This document shows positions 27,305 to 38,072 of a stretch of DNA of 64,000 bases, in pieces. Source of the stretch: an uncultured bacterium (GTDB lineage: Bacteria > Krumholzibacteriota > Krumholzibacteriia > JACNKJ01); assembly GCA_963695095.1 (NCBI GenBank), contig CAVOFT010000001.1:2752001-2816000 (forward strand), in the 5' to 3' direction. How positions within the stretch are numbered: position 1 is the stretch's first letter; each line of letters opens with the position of its first letter. The notes beneath the pieces were generated by a model that was not told the DNA's origin, did no database searches, and saw nothing but the letters and a program-made list of their open reading frames with translations. A program made the translations under genes and the position numbers.

Positions 27305-27961
27305 TCATGGCACCCTCGTCGGCCTTTCGCAACCGTTCTCGCCGGGGCCCGCCGGCAGGTAGCGATAGTGGCTTGTGATCGCGTAGCTGAAGAGGACATC
27401 CTCCTCCCGCGTGCCGCGGCCGATGTTGTGGATGACCAGCGGCGTCCCCCCCGCGCTCGCGCGATCCGAGACGATGCCGATATGCGGCACGCCCGAGGGC
27501 AGCCGCCAGGTGACGATGTCACCGGCGGCATAGTCCGCGGCCGCGCGGCTCACCGGCAGGCGCTCGCCGTGGCGGGCGAAGTAGGTCGCCAGGTTCGGCA
27601 CGCGCCGGTGGTCGATGTTGGGATCGGGCCGGGCAAGGCCCCAGAGCTTGGGATAGGCGTCCCAGGCGGCCAGCATGTCCTCGTGCACGAGTACCTGCAG
27701 GTCGAGCTCCAGTCCGCGGTAGGTGCGCACGAGCACGTCCGTGCAGACCCCGCGGTCGGCAGGCAGGTCGCCGCCCGGATAGTCGAGGCGCCGGTAGGCG
27801 GGATCGTAGTGCAGGGTGACGCCGACCTGCTCGCGGGCGGCGGCCACCAGGCGCCGGCCCGCCTCCTCGGCTTTGGCCGGCGCCGCGCCGAGCAGGGCGA
27901 GAACCACCACGGCGAGGGGGCCAGCGAGCGCCGCGCGGCGAGCCCCGCGCGCCTGGCTCAC
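27305..27961 (-). CDS. DUF1287 (YijF-like) exported protein
   Basis: YDPAYRRLDYPGGD..RGVCTDVLVR, DLQVLVHEDM, DPNIDHRRVPNL, GDIVTW, PHIGIVSD, HNIG. Confidence 0.85.
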   Translation of the reverse strand: MSQARGARRAALAGPLAVVVLALLGAAPAKAEEAGRRLVAAAREQVGVTLHYDPAYRRLDYPGGDLPADRGVCTDVLVRTYRGLELDLQVLVHEDMLAAWDAYPKLWGLARPDPNIDHRRVPNLATYFARHGERLPVSRAAADYAAGDIVTWRLPSGVPHIGIVSDRASAGGTPLVIHNIGRGTREEDVLFSYAITSHYRYLPAGPGENGCERPTRVP

Positions 27962-27971
27962 CGGCGCCTGC

Positions 27972-28304
27972 CTAGTCCACATCCTCGTCCAGGAGCTCGT
28001 AGTCGCAGAGATCCTCGACGATGCCGTGCATCTCGATCTCGAACCACTCCTTGAAGGTCTCGAGGTCGCGGTTGCGCGGCCAGGCCGATTCGTCCGTGTG
28101 CCAGCCCCAGAGTTCGTTGGCGAAGACCTCGGCGTGGACGGCATCCAGGATGGCCTCCGCCTCCTCGTCGGACTCGAAGACCGGGATCAGGTAGACCGTC
28201 TGCTCGGCTTCGAGCTCGGGCACATCGCCGTCCTCGCCGAGCCCTGCCGCCCAGTCGAGATAGGGCTGCTTGGGGCGCACGATGAGCGCAGCGCGATTGA
28301 TCAT
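27972..28304 (-). CDS. Conserved acidic hypothetical protein
   Basis: RBS AGGAGG; MINRAALIVRPKQPYLDW..TVYLIP..ELWGWHTDESAWP. Confidence 0.75.
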   Translation of the reverse strand: MINRAALIVRPKQPYLDWAAGLGEDGDVPELEAEQTVYLIPVFESDEEAEAILDAVHAEVFANELWGWHTDESAWPRNRDLETFKEWFEIEMHGIVEDLCDYELLDEDVD

Positions 28305-28430
28305 GGCCGTCCTCCTGTCGGGCGCCTGGCCGTGGGGTCGGCGTCGGCGCCGAGACTGGCGTAGGCGAGCATGGCATCCCGGCTGCCGCCAGCGCAAGAC
28401 AAAGCCCGGAGCCCAGCCTGCGTTCGCCGC

Positions 28431-29119
28431 CTAGCCCGTGAACTTGTAGCCCACCCGGTGCACGGTGACGATCCAGCGTGGATCGGCGGCATCCTCCTCG
28501 ATCTTCGCGCGCAGCTTGGAGACGTGCATGTCCACCGTGCGCGTCAGCGGCGCCGTGTCATAGTCCCAGACGGCGTCGAGAATCTGCTCGCGGCTGAGCA
28601 CCTGGCCCGAGTGGCGCAGGAAATACTCGAGCAGGCGCAGCTCGCGCCTGGAGATCTCCACGACCTGGCCGCCCCGGCGCAGCTTGCCCTCGCCGAAATC
28701 CACCTCGATGTCGCCGAAGCGCCGGCGGCCCAGGGTGGGCTCGATCGGCGGCCGCCCCGCGGCGCGGCGCAGCACGGCCTCCACGCGCGCCAGCAGCTCG
28801 GCGAAGCTGAAGGGCTTGGTCACGTAGTCGTCGGCGCCGAGCTTGAGGCCGAGCACCTTGTCCAGCTCCTGGCTCCTGGCCGTGAGCAGGATCACCGGCA
28901 CCGTGTTGCCCGCCGCGCGCAGCTCCTTGAGGACGTCCAGGCCGCTCTTCTTGGGCAGCATGATGTCCAGCACCACGAGATCGGGGGGCTCTCGTCCAAT
29001 GCGTCGTGGGCGGCCTCGCCGTCGCCGGCCAGCTCCACCTTGTAGCCCTCGTAGGCGAAGCCGTCCATGAGCGCCGTGGCCATGGCCGGCTCGTCCTCCA
29101 CGATCAGGATTCTAGGCAT
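28431..29119 (-). CDS. OmpR/PhoB-family response regulator; one apparent frameshift
   Basis: [31 protein letters not shown], winged-helix [16 protein letters not shown]. Frame changes at the C6 run (28983-28988 on + coordinates), where C7 would restore it. Confidence 0.9.
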
Positions 29120-30779
29120 GCTCCTCCTTGGTGGGCGCTGCCGGCGCCGTACCCGCGGTCGGCAACTCGATTTCCCGGCCCAGGGGCAGATGCAGCGTGA
29201 AGACGCTGCCCTGCCCCAGCTCGCTGGCCACCGACACCCGGCCACCGTGAGCCTGCAGGATGTGCTCCACGATGGGCAGCCCCAGGCCGCTGCCTTTGAC
29301 GTCGTGCACGAGGCCCTTGCTCACCCGATGAAAGCGCTCGAAGATGCGCGACTGCTCCTCGCGCGGGATGCCGATGCCGTGATCGATCACCGCCAAGCGC
29401 GCTTCGCCACCCACCGCGGCGAGCGTGACGGCGATCTCGCGCGCGCCCTGCGAGTACTTGCAGGCGTTGTCCAGCAGGTTGCCCAGCGCGCGGCCCAGGG
29501 CCTCGGCGTCGCCGGCGATGAGTGGCAAAGGCGCTTCCGGCCCGCGATAGCTGACGGCGTAATCCTGAGCGGCGGGACGCTGCCGGAAGGCGGCCAGGGT
29601 CTCGGCCACCACGGCCTCCAGGCTGATCGGCGCCAGCCGGTAGCCGCGCCGTCCGCTCTCGATGCGCGAGAGGTCGAGGATGTTCTCGATCAGATGCGAG
29701 AGGCGCCTCGTCTCGGCCTCGATCGTCTCGCCATACGCGCGCACCTGGGCGGCATCCCGCGTCCGCCCGCTGCGCAACAGCTCGGCATGTACTCGAATGG
29801 AGGCCAGCGGCGTGCGCAGCTCGTGGCTCACGTTGGAAACGAAGTCCGACTTCATCGCGGACAGGCGCATGGCGCGGCGCGAGGCGCGCAGGGAAAGGAG
29901 CAGGCCACCGGTCAGGACGAGGGCCAGCAGGAGCGAGAGGCCCAGGTTGAGCGCGAAGTTGCTGCGCGCCCAGGCCTCGGCGGCGCGGCCGGAGCTGGCC
30001 AGGTGCAGGGTCCAGTCGCTGTAGAGGAAAGGCAGGGGTTTGCTGGCGATCGCCTGGGCCGATCGAGCCGCCTCGCCCAGCACCGGCGCACCCGCGGCGT
30101 CGTTGACCCAGACCCCGATGTCGCCCCTGCCCTGCGGCGGCAGGTAGGCGTAGAGCGCCTTCTCTATGATGGAGGGCAGCAGCTCCCGCCGCAGGTAGTC
30201 CTCGTCGACGACGAAGCCGGCGATGCCGACCAGCGTGCCGTTCTCATCGGTCACGGGATTGAGGAGGATGCGGTGGGCCGGATCCCCTTCGTCCACGCGC
30301 AGGGGACCGGGGGTCGCGAGCGCCCGCGTGGCGCCGCGGGCCTGCCAGGGCGCGCAGGCGATGATGATGGCCAGGCTCTCGTCCGAAGACGGCGGCGTGA
30401 CCAGGGCGCCCTCGGTCTTCCGGTAGACGAGGAAGTTGCCGAACTCGGTCCGGGTGAAGTCCACCAGGAAGACGGTGCGCGTGCCCGCCAGATCCTGGCT
30501 CTGCCAGACCTTTGCCTGCTTCTGCAGCCAGCCCTCGGTGAAGAACTCGGCCGGCACGTTGAGGAGTCGCTCGGCGCGGGCGCGGTAGTAGTACTCGAAT
30601 TCGGTGCCCACCGCTTCGAGGAAGTTGCGCAAGGTAGCTTCACGCTGCAGTGCGCCGGCCTCCCCGGCGCGCTGCAGCCAGCGATACTGGAGCGCCAGGA
30701 GCAACAGGAGTGGCGCGAGCACCGCGGCGAGTCCGATCCAACCCCCAGCACGGCGCGCGATGTTCTGCCAGCGGTCCAC
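29112..30779 (-). CDS. Membrane sensor histidine kinase
   Basis: Two TM segments around a periplasmic domain; H-box [41 protein letters not shown] start after GGGAGG. Confidence 0.93.
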   Translation of the reverse strand: MDRWQNIARRAGGWIGLAAVLAPLLLLLALQYRWLQRAGEAGALQREATLRNFLEAVGTEFEYYYRARAERLLNVPAEFFTEGWLQKQAKVWQSQDLAGTRTVFLVDFTRTEFGNFLVYRKTEGALVTPPSSDESLAIIIACAPWQARGATRALATPGPLRVDEGDPAHRILLNPVTDENGTLVGIAGFVVDEDYLRRELLPSIIEKALYAYLPPQGRGDIGVWVNDAAGAPVLGEAARSAQAIASKPLPFLYSDWTLHLASSGRAAEAWARSNFALNLGLSLLLALVLTGGLLLSLRASRRAMRLSAMKSDFVSNVSHELRTPLASIRVHAELLRSGRTRDAAQVRAYGETIEAETRRLSHLIENILDLSRIESGRRGYRLAPISLEAVVAETLAAFRQRPAAQDYAVSYRGPEAPLPLIAGDAEALGRALGNLLDNACKYSQGAREIAVTLAAVGGEARLAVIDHGIGIPREEQSRIFERFHRVSKGLVHDVKGSGLGLPIVEHILQAHGGRVSVASELGQGSVFTLHLPLGREIELPTAGTAPAAPTKEEHA

Positions 30780-30854
30780 GATGCCTCCCCGGATGGGGAA
30801 TTCTAGCGCCCCCTGCCGCCTCGCCTGGCGGCAAAGCTCCCCGGAAGCGCTCAT

Positions 30855-30889
30855 TTTACAGCCCCGATACAGCTTTGACAGCATTTTAC
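30855..30889. promoter_or_regulatory. Candidate OmpR/CpxR-type direct-repeat operator
   Basis: TTTACAG, GATACAG, TTGACAG, TTTACC at 9-11 nt spacing; includes TTGAC-N5-TTTAC (30875-30889). Confidence 0.5.
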
Positions 30890-30999
30890 CACCCTCCTCA
30901 CCCCTTTTACGGCGCCCGGCCCTACACTCCTGTCACGAGCCAAGCCGACAGCGTCACCTGCGCCATGGACGGCTCCCCACCGAAACCGAAGGAGATGCA

Positions 31000-31500
31000 A
31001 TGCAGCGAGTCACCGTTTCCCTGGCGGCCGTGCTGGTGCTCTTCCTCCTCGCCGTCTCGAGCGCGATTCCGACCTGGGCCGGCGAGTCCGAGAAGAAGTG
31101 CACGGCAAGCACCCAGGAGTGCCTGAACAAGATGACCGAGATGCTCAAGACCACCGGCTGGGTGGGCATCGAAATGGAAACGGACGAGGCCCTCGGCAAG
31201 TACCGCTTGACCAAGGTCGTTCCCGGTAGCCCTGCAGAAGCGGCCGGCCTGAAGCCCGGCGATATCCTCTTCGCCATGTACGGCATCGAGTTCAGCGAGG
31301 CCAACGGCGAGAAGCTCAAGGCCGCCCGCAAGGACTGGGCGCCCGGCCAGGAGGTGAGCTACACCATCAAGCGCGGCGACAGGGACAAGGAGATCAAGCT
31401 CACGCTGGCGCCGATGCCCGCCGATGTGATGGCCACCTGGATCGGCCGCCACATGATGGAGCACGCCCAGCTGGCCAACGTCGCCGAGGCAAAGCCCTAG
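31000..31500 (+). CDS. Secreted single-PDZ-domain protein
   Basis: RBS AAGGAG; signal peptide; CTASTQEC; GWVGIEM..VVPGSPAEAAGLKPGDIL. Confidence 0.88.
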   Translation: MQRVTVSLAAVLVLFLLAVSSAIPTWAGESEKKCTASTQECLNKMTEMLKTTGWVGIEMETDEALGKYRLTKVVPGSPAEAAGLKPGDILFAMYGIEFSEANGEKLKAARKDWAPGQEVSYTIKRGDRDKEIKLTLAPMPADVMATWIGRHMMEHAQLANVAEAKP

Positions 31501-31540
31501 GCCGGATCTGCTCCACCCTGCTCTACCTGCCAGCGCGCCC

Positions 31541-31575
31541 GAGGCCGGCCGCCCACGCGGTCGGCCTCCTTTTTC
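31541..31575 (+). terminator. Intrinsic terminator after the PDZ gene
   Basis: GAGGCCGGCCGC-CCAC-GCGGTCGGCCTC followed by CTTTTTC. Confidence 0.75.
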
Positions 31576-31631
31576 TATCCCCCGCACGAGCTTCGCGCTA
31601 TGCATTCGGATGCAGCCAGGAGGCAGGTCCA

Positions 31632-32393
31632 ATGGCTTTCGCTCCACATCGGCGAGCGCTCGTCACCGGCGCCTCGCGGGGAATCGGGCGCGCCTGCGCC
31701 GAGGCCCTGGCCGAGGCCGGCTTCCAGGTGGCGCTGCACTTCCACCGCGAGGAGGCCGCCGCCGCTGGCCTGGCGGCGGCGCTGCCGGGCGGGCCGCACG
31801 CTGTCCTCCAGGCCAACCTTGGCGATGCCGAGGCCGCCGGCCTGCTCGTCGAGCGGGCGGCGAGCGCCCTGGGCGGGCTCGAGTTGCTCGTCAACAATGC
31901 CGGGATCTACGCGGAGCACCCGCCGCTGGGCAGCTCACCCGCGCTGTGGCGCGAGGCCTGGGAGCGCACCCTCTCCGTGAACCTGCTGGCTCCGGCCCTG
32001 CTCTGCCAGGCGGCCGCGCAGCGGATGGCCGCGGCCGGCGGCGGGCGCATCGTCAACATCTCCAGCCGCGGCGCCTGGCGCGGTGAGCCGACGGCTCCAG
32101 CCTACGGCGCCAGCAAAGCGGGGCTGAACGCGCTCGGACAGTCCCTGGCACTGGCCCTCGCGCCGGCCGGGGTCTTGGTTTTCACCGTGGCACCGGGTTG
32201 GGTGGACACGGACATGGCCGGGGACTACCTTGGTGGTCCCGGCGGCGATGCGGTGCGCGCCCAGAGCCCGCTGGGGCGGGTGGCGACGCCGGCCGAGATC
32301 GCCGCCACCGTGCTGTGGCTGGCCACCGAAGCGCCGGCCTTCGCCACCGGGGCCATCGTGGACGTCAACGGGGCCTCGTACTTGCGCAGCTAG
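31632..32393 (+). CDS. SDR-family NAD(P)-dependent oxidoreductase
   Basis: TGASRGIG, VNNAG, NISS, YGASK, PGWVDTDM. Confidence 0.93.
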   Translation: MAFAPHRRALVTGASRGIGRACAEALAEAGFQVALHFHREEAAAAGLAAALPGGPHAVLQANLGDAEAAGLLVERAASALGGLELLVNNAGIYAEHPPLGSSPALWREAWERTLSVNLLAPALLCQAAAQRMAAAGGGRIVNISSRGAWRGEPTAPAYGASKAGLNALGQSLALALAPAGVLVFTVAPGWVDTDMAGDYLGGPGGDAVRAQSPLGRVATPAEIAATVLWLATEAPAFATGAIVDVNGASYLRS

Positions 32394-32478
32394 GCGGAGG
32401 AGCCGGCCACCCGGCCATTGAACTTGATTGAGCAGAGCGGGGCGGGGGCTCCGCCGAAACCGAACCCAAGAGGTGAAC

Positions 32479-33159
32479 ATGAAGCGTCGTATCATTTCCT
32501 CCCTGGTCGTGCTGTGTCTGGTGCCCCTGCTCGTCGGCCCCACGGGCTGCGCGAGCATGTCGCGTCAGGAAAAGGGCGCCGCCATCGGCGGCACCGCGGG
32601 CGCCGTCATCGGCGGCATCATCGGCAAGCACAACAAGAACACGGCGGCCGGCGTCATCATCGGCGCGGCCGTGGGCGGCGCCGCTGGCGCCGTCATCGGC
32701 GATTACATGGACGATCAGGCTGCCGAGCTGGAGCAGGATCTCGAAGGCGCCCGCATCGAGCGCGTGGGCGAGGGCATCATGATCACCTTCGACTCGGGCA
32801 TCCTCTTCGCCGTCAACAAGGCCGATCTCAGCAGCCAGGCGCGGGAGAATCTCGTCAAGATGGCGGAGATCCTGAACAAGTACGAGGACACGAACGTGCT
32901 CATCGAGGGGCACACCGATTCCGACGGCAGCGAGCAGCACAACCTCGAGCTTTCGGATCGGCGCGCCGCCTCCGTCAAGCAGTTCCTGGCGGCGAACCAG
33001 GTGATGAACGCCCGCATGAGTACCATGGGCTATGGCGAGAGCAAGCCCGTCGCCGACAACGGCACTACCACCGGCAAGGCAGCCAATCGCCGCGTCGAGG
33101 TGGCGATCATGGCCAACGAGAAGCTCAAGAAGGCCGCCGAGTCCCAGGCCGGCGGTTGA
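32479..33159 (+). CDS. OmpA-family lipoprotein with glycine zipper (YiaD-like)
   Basis: Lipoprotein signal ending TGC; GAAIGGTAGAVIGG zipper; EGHTDSDG, NLELSDRRA, GYGESKP, NRRVE. Confidence 0.93.
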   Translation: MKRRIISSLVVLCLVPLLVGPTGCASMSRQEKGAAIGGTAGAVIGGIIGKHNKNTAAGVIIGAAVGGAAGAVIGDYMDDQAAELEQDLEGARIERVGEGIMITFDSGILFAVNKADLSSQARENLVKMAEILNKYEDTNVLIEGHTDSDGSEQHNLELSDRRAASVKQFLAANQVMNARMSTMGYGESKPVADNGTTTGKAANRRVEVAIMANEKLKKAAESQAGG

Positions 33160-33177
33160 TGCACTGAGCGCCCCGCC

Positions 33178-33220
33178 GCGCAGTGGGGAGCCCCGGCCGG
33201 CCGGGAACTCCCCGCTGCGC
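33178..33220 (+). terminator. Long GC hairpin after the OmpA-family gene (stabiliser or terminator)
   Basis: GCGCAGTGGGGAG...CTCCCCGCTGCGC 13-bp outer stem plus inner CCCGG/CCGGG; no U tract. Confidence 0.45.
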
Positions 33221-33285
33221 AGCGCGTTGGCGAGCGGGTCCCGGCGGCTTCCCCACCCTGTCCCCACCAGATTGGAGGCTGCGCC

Positions 33286-34596
33286 ATGTCCCTCCGCGAT
33301 CGCCTGCCTGTTCCCCTCCGCCCTTGCCTGGCCCTGCTCCTCTTGCCGCTCCTGGTCCTGCCGGCCGGCGCCGCCTGGCAGGGCAGCGTGGGCAGCGAGA
33401 ACGGCGTCGAAAGGGTCCAGAACCCGGCGGCGCCCGCTGCCGGCGAACTCACGCTCGCGCCTACCCAGCTCTGGCACCTGGGCGCCGATGAGGACGCCGA
33501 CGAGAGCGAGCTCTTCGGCCGCGTGAGCGAAGCCCTCGTCGATGCGGCCGGCAACAGCTACCTGCTCGACACCCAGCTCCACGAGATCCGCGTCTTCTCA
33601 CCCACGGGCGAGTTCCTCAAGAGCCTGGGCCGCAACGGCGAAGGGCCAGGGGAGTTCGTCAACGGCATGCACCTGTTCTTCCTGCCCGGGGACAAGATCG
33701 GCGTGGCCCAGATGATGCCCTCGCGCATCGCCGTGCTCGGCACCGGCGGCGAGGGCTACTCGGACTTGCACATCCCCGGCACCGAGGGCGGCTCCTTCTC
33801 GATGATACAGGGCGCCCGGGGCGCCGACGGCCACTGCGTCCTCGCCCTGGTCACGCCCGTGCCCGGGCCCGAGCGTTCGGAGACGCGGCGGCGGCTGATC
33901 GCCGTCGACGCCGACGGCAAGCTGCTGGCCACCTACAGCCAGCTCTCCGAGTTCCACGAGGGCGGCGGCATGGTCTTTCGCTTCGGTGCGGACGAGGGCG
34001 GCGCCGAGGATTTCATCGGCCAGTGGGACATCGACGGCGCGGGCCGCGTCACCACGGCGCCCCTCTACGACGAGTACCTGCTGCGCGTCTACGCGCCAGA
34101 CGGCCGGCTCCAGCGTCTGATCCGCCGCGACTACGAGCGCGTCAAGCGCAGCCGCGCGCAGATCGCGGAGATCGAGGAGAACTACGAGGGCATGCCGGCG
34201 GGCTTGCCCAGGCCTCCGATCAATCCCTACCACCGCGCTATCCAGGGCATCACCGTGCGGCCGGATGGGAGCGTCTGGGTGAGCACCGGCGCCGGCCGCC
34301 AGGAGCGGCAGGCCGGCAGGGTCGGCCCCTTCGACCGCTTCGACGCCCAGGGCCGCTTCCAGCAGCGCCTCTGGCTGACGGCCGACTTCGACCCCGAGCG
34401 GGACGACGCGGTCATCTGCGGAGACCGCCTGTTCGTCATCAAGGAGGCGCAGATGGTCACCAGCGCCTTCTCCGCCAGCTCCGGCAACATGGCGATGGAG
34501 ATTCGCATGGGCGGCCGCGAGGAAGACGACGCGGAGGACGAGGGCGAGGTCGCCCCCCTGTCCGTGATCAGCTATCGTCTGCCGGCGGGCTACTGA
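33286..34596 (+). CDS. Secreted NHL-like / 6-bladed beta-propeller protein
   Basis: Signal peptide; VDAAGNSYLLD..IRVFSPTGEFLKSLGRNGEGPGEF; further blade-like repeats. Confidence 0.8.
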   Translation: MSLRDRLPVPLRPCLALLLLPLLVLPAGAAWQGSVGSENGVERVQNPAAPAAGELTLAPTQLWHLGADEDADESELFGRVSEALVDAAGNSYLLDTQLHEIRVFSPTGEFLKSLGRNGEGPGEFVNGMHLFFLPGDKIGVAQMMPSRIAVLGTGGEGYSDLHIPGTEGGSFSMIQGARGADGHCVLALVTPVPGPERSETRRRLIAVDADGKLLATYSQLSEFHEGGGMVFRFGADEGGAEDFIGQWDIDGAGRVTTAPLYDEYLLRVYAPDGRLQRLIRRDYERVKRSRAQIAEIEENYEGMPAGLPRPPINPYHRAIQGITVRPDGSVWVSTGAGRQERQAGRVGPFDRFDAQGRFQQRLWLTADFDPERDDAVICGDRLFVIKEAQMVTSAFSASSGNMAMEIRMGGREEDDAEDEGEVAPLSVISYRLPAGY

Positions 34597-37500
34597 CGAG
34601 CCAGAAATCCCGCGGAGCGAGGCGCTCCACGACGGTGGGCGCCTCCTCCGCAGCGATCAGCGCCTCCAGGGCCGCGAACTGCGCTTCGGGCCCGATCAGG
34701 AAGAACACTCCCTCCGCGCTTTCCGCCAGCGGCCGCCCGAGGCCGATCAGCACCTGCCCGTAGACCCGCCGCAGCCGCGCCGCCAGCGTGGCCGCCAGGC
34801 CCGGCTCGTCCCTGAGCGCGAGCAGAGCCCGCCGGCAGGCGCGCACGCGCTCGGGCTCGAGGCCGTCGGCGAGGTCGGCGGCCATCGCCTCGCCCCGCTG
34901 CTCGAAGGGGCCGGCGGCGCGCGACTCGTTGAAGGCCACGGCCAGGGCATAGGGCAGCAGCGCCTCGTCCACCTGCCCCGCGCGGATCACGGAAGCCGCG
35001 AAGCGCAGGGTCTCGGCGACGTCCGGGCAGCGCTCGGCGAAGTAACTCGCCAGGCCGCTGCGGGGGCGGTAGCGATAGCCGTTGCTGTAGGCGAGCCCCG
35101 CGGCCCAGGTGCGCATGAAGAGCCCGTGCCCGCCTCCCCCGCCGAAGAGATTCCCCGCCAGCGCATCGAGCAGCTGCTCCCGCTCCGCGCTCCAGGGTTC
35201 TCCGGCACAGGCGCTGAATAGCAGGGTGCCGCTCCTCGTGTTGGCATCGAGGAGCCCGACGTAGACCGGCGACTTCGCCTCGGGCCGCCGCTCCTGGAGC
35301 CGAGCCAGGATGTGCGGGGTCTCCCCATGGCAGACCCGCTGCGAGGGTGAATCGTCCAGCGTGGCGGCCCAGGCCTTCAGCGCCGGCAGCAGGGCCGCGC
35401 AGTCGTCGCCACCGGCGATCAGGAAGGCGCGCCAGTTGTCGGCATGCGCGAGCGCTGCGAGCAGCGCGGCCAGGGCGGAGAGCGTCGCCGCAGGCGGCTT
35501 GAAAAGGTCCGCGCGCAGGGTCGCGCAGAGACTCCGCCAGTCGGCGGCCAGGCTGACCTCCGGCAATTCCGGTAGCAGTGCCCCGAGGGAGGCAAGGATC
35601 TCCTCCGCCAGGAGGGCGGCCGCGGGCGAGGCGGAGGGGGCGAGGACCGGCGGCCGCGCGCAGCGCGCCGCCAGGGCGGCGCGGCCCGAGGCGGCCGCCG
35701 GGACGAGGGCATCCAGGAAGCTCGCCAGCGCCGCTCGGTCCTGGGCGTCGCCCGGGTCGGCGAGCAGCCACTGCAGCCGGAGGGCGTGATGGAGTTCGGT
35801 CAGGAAGCAGGCCACGCTGAGGTAGAGCGGATTCGTCTGGTAGCGATAGGCCGCAACCGGTTCCACCATCCAGGCCTCCTCAGGGGCCTGCATGCGCGTG
35901 CGCAATCGGCTGAAGGCCTGGGCGGCGAGATCGCGCAGGCGGGGCAGATTGTCCGGCGCCAGGTAGCTGCGGCGGAGCGCAGCGTCCAGCCAGGGCAGCA
36001 GGCGCGCGCGCTCGGCGGGCCCGGCGGCCGCGGCCCTGAGCACCAGCTCGACGCGCCTACTGCGCGGGTTGGCGTCGAAGTAGGCGCTGTAGCCCGTCAG
36101 CTCGTGGCGCCGACGCGCCTGCATGCCCTCGGTGTCGAGCAGGGCGCCGTCCAGGGCCAGCCCGGCCCGCGTGAGCAGGTCGGGCAGGAGCGGCAGCAGA
36201 TGGAGCTGCGCCGCCGGCACGACATCGAGCCCGAAGGCGAGGCCCAGCGTGGCCGTGCTGAGGTGCTCGAAGCGCGCGACCACGAGCGGGGCTCCGCCCG
36301 CGAGCGCGATCGTCTCGACAGCGAGGTTGTCGTCCAGGCCCAGCGGGGGCGCCTTGACGAAATCGGGAATGGGCTCGGCAGCGGCCGCCGCCGCCAGGGC
36401 GGCGCCGGCGGCCTCCACCTCGCATTGGTAGGCGGCGAGGGCGACTTGCTCATCCTGACCCGGGCCGCCAAGACGGGCGCAGAGCTCGGCGCCGAAGGCG
36501 GCAAGGCGGGCCGCCTGCGCGGCGGCCCTGGCCGCAGGCAGCGCGGGGTCCGGCCGCACCGCAAGGCCGACAGGCGCTTCCAGGAGTCCCCAGCGTTCGA
36601 TGGCCTCCCGCCAGGGATTCCGCTCCTCGACGACGGCAGCGGCCAGGCGCCGGTAGCGATCCTCGAGCACGAGCGACTTGCGCGCGCCAGGCGCGCGCTC
36701 GAGCAGGCCGAGCACGCTGTGCCAGTAGTCCGCATGCCCGCGCCGAAAGCCGAACATCGGCGGACGATCCAGGGCCTCGCGCGCCTCCTTGCGCTGAGCG
36801 GCAAGACGGCTGGCCGCCTCGCGGTTGAAGGCGGCGAGGGCGGGGTCGCCATCTCGCCAGGCATGCACGCCGGCGCAGGGTGTCCCCGATCGCGCGGCGG
36901 ATGGCGGCCAAGCGCTCGCGGTCCAGCGCGTCCGGATCGAGCCCGGCCAGGCCGATCATCAGCGGATGGCCCGGCTCGTCGCTGTGATAGCCGAAGACGG
37001 CGCTCGCGCCCGTCTTGAGCACGCGCGTCCGCGAGGCGATGAGCGCCGCGTAGAGCGGCGTGCCGGGTCCGCCGGCGATGCTGTCGAGGAAGAGCTCGGC
37101 CAGGGCGATCTCGTCCGGGTCGAGATCCAAGCGCGCCGGCCAGGCAAAGACGGCCTGGCCGGGACTCGCGGCGCTCTCGCTCGCGTAGGGCCGGATCTCC
37201 AGCGCCCCCGGGCGGGCCGCAGGCGCCGGCGGCGGCAGTCGATGCGTCTGGATGCCCGGCGCTTCGCTGCGGTCGCCCCCCGGCCACAGGCGCGCGAGCA
37301 CGGCGTCGAGATGGACGAGCACCCGCTCGGCCGGGAGCGCCGCGGGCAGGCTGGCGATCAGCCCCATGCCGGCCGGATGATAGAACTCGGCGTGGAAGGC
37401 GCGCAGGTCGGCGGGGTTGAGCGCGCGCATCGCCTCCGGCCGGCCGCCGGCGTTGTTGGCCTGGACGTGGCCGGCCCCGTAGAGCAGTTCCGAGATGCCC

Positions 37501-38009
37501 GTCCACAGGGGGTAGCTCGGCCCCTCCGAGCTGCTCATCATCTCGGTGAAGACCGTGCCCTTCTCCTCGAGACCGAGGCGGCCCGTCGCCGGATCCCGGG
37601 CCACGGCGACGTGGGCCACCTCGCGGCGGATCTCCTCGTCGCTGAAGTCCGGATGCAGCAGGGCGTCCAGGCGAGCCTCGAGGTTGCGCAGGAAGCCCTC
37701 CTCGCCGGCCAGGGTGTTGAAGTGGTAGGCGGTGCTCAGCTGGCCGGTCCAGGCGCTGCTGGCAGAGAGGGTCATCTCCTCCAGCGCGGCCACGGCCCGC
37801 CCCTTGGCGCCCTTGCCGAGCAGCAGGTGCTCGCAGGCATGGGCCTCGCCGCGCTCCGTGCGGGCCAGGGTCTTCACCCAGAAGAAGCCCTGGGGCACGG
37901 ACTGGATCTCGAGCAGGTCGACGAGAAAGCCCGTGCGCGCGTGCAGGAAGCGGCTGCCCATGCCGCGACCGGCCGCGTCCTCGTAGACGTTGAGCAGGAC
38001 GAAGTCCAC
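34568..38009 (-). CDS. Large M16 (insulinase / PreP-like) metallopeptidase, about 1146 aa; one apparent frameshift
   Basis: Inverted zincin HACEH, EKGTVFTEM, AFHAEFYHP, C-terminal GLAYS. Joins ORFs 36450-38009 and 34568-36868 across an extra base near 36870. Confidence 0.8.
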
Positions 38010-38072
38010 TCTCGGCTTCCTCCATCGCGCAGTGGACCGGCCTGCTCGGCCCGCACCGGGCGGAACGGCACT

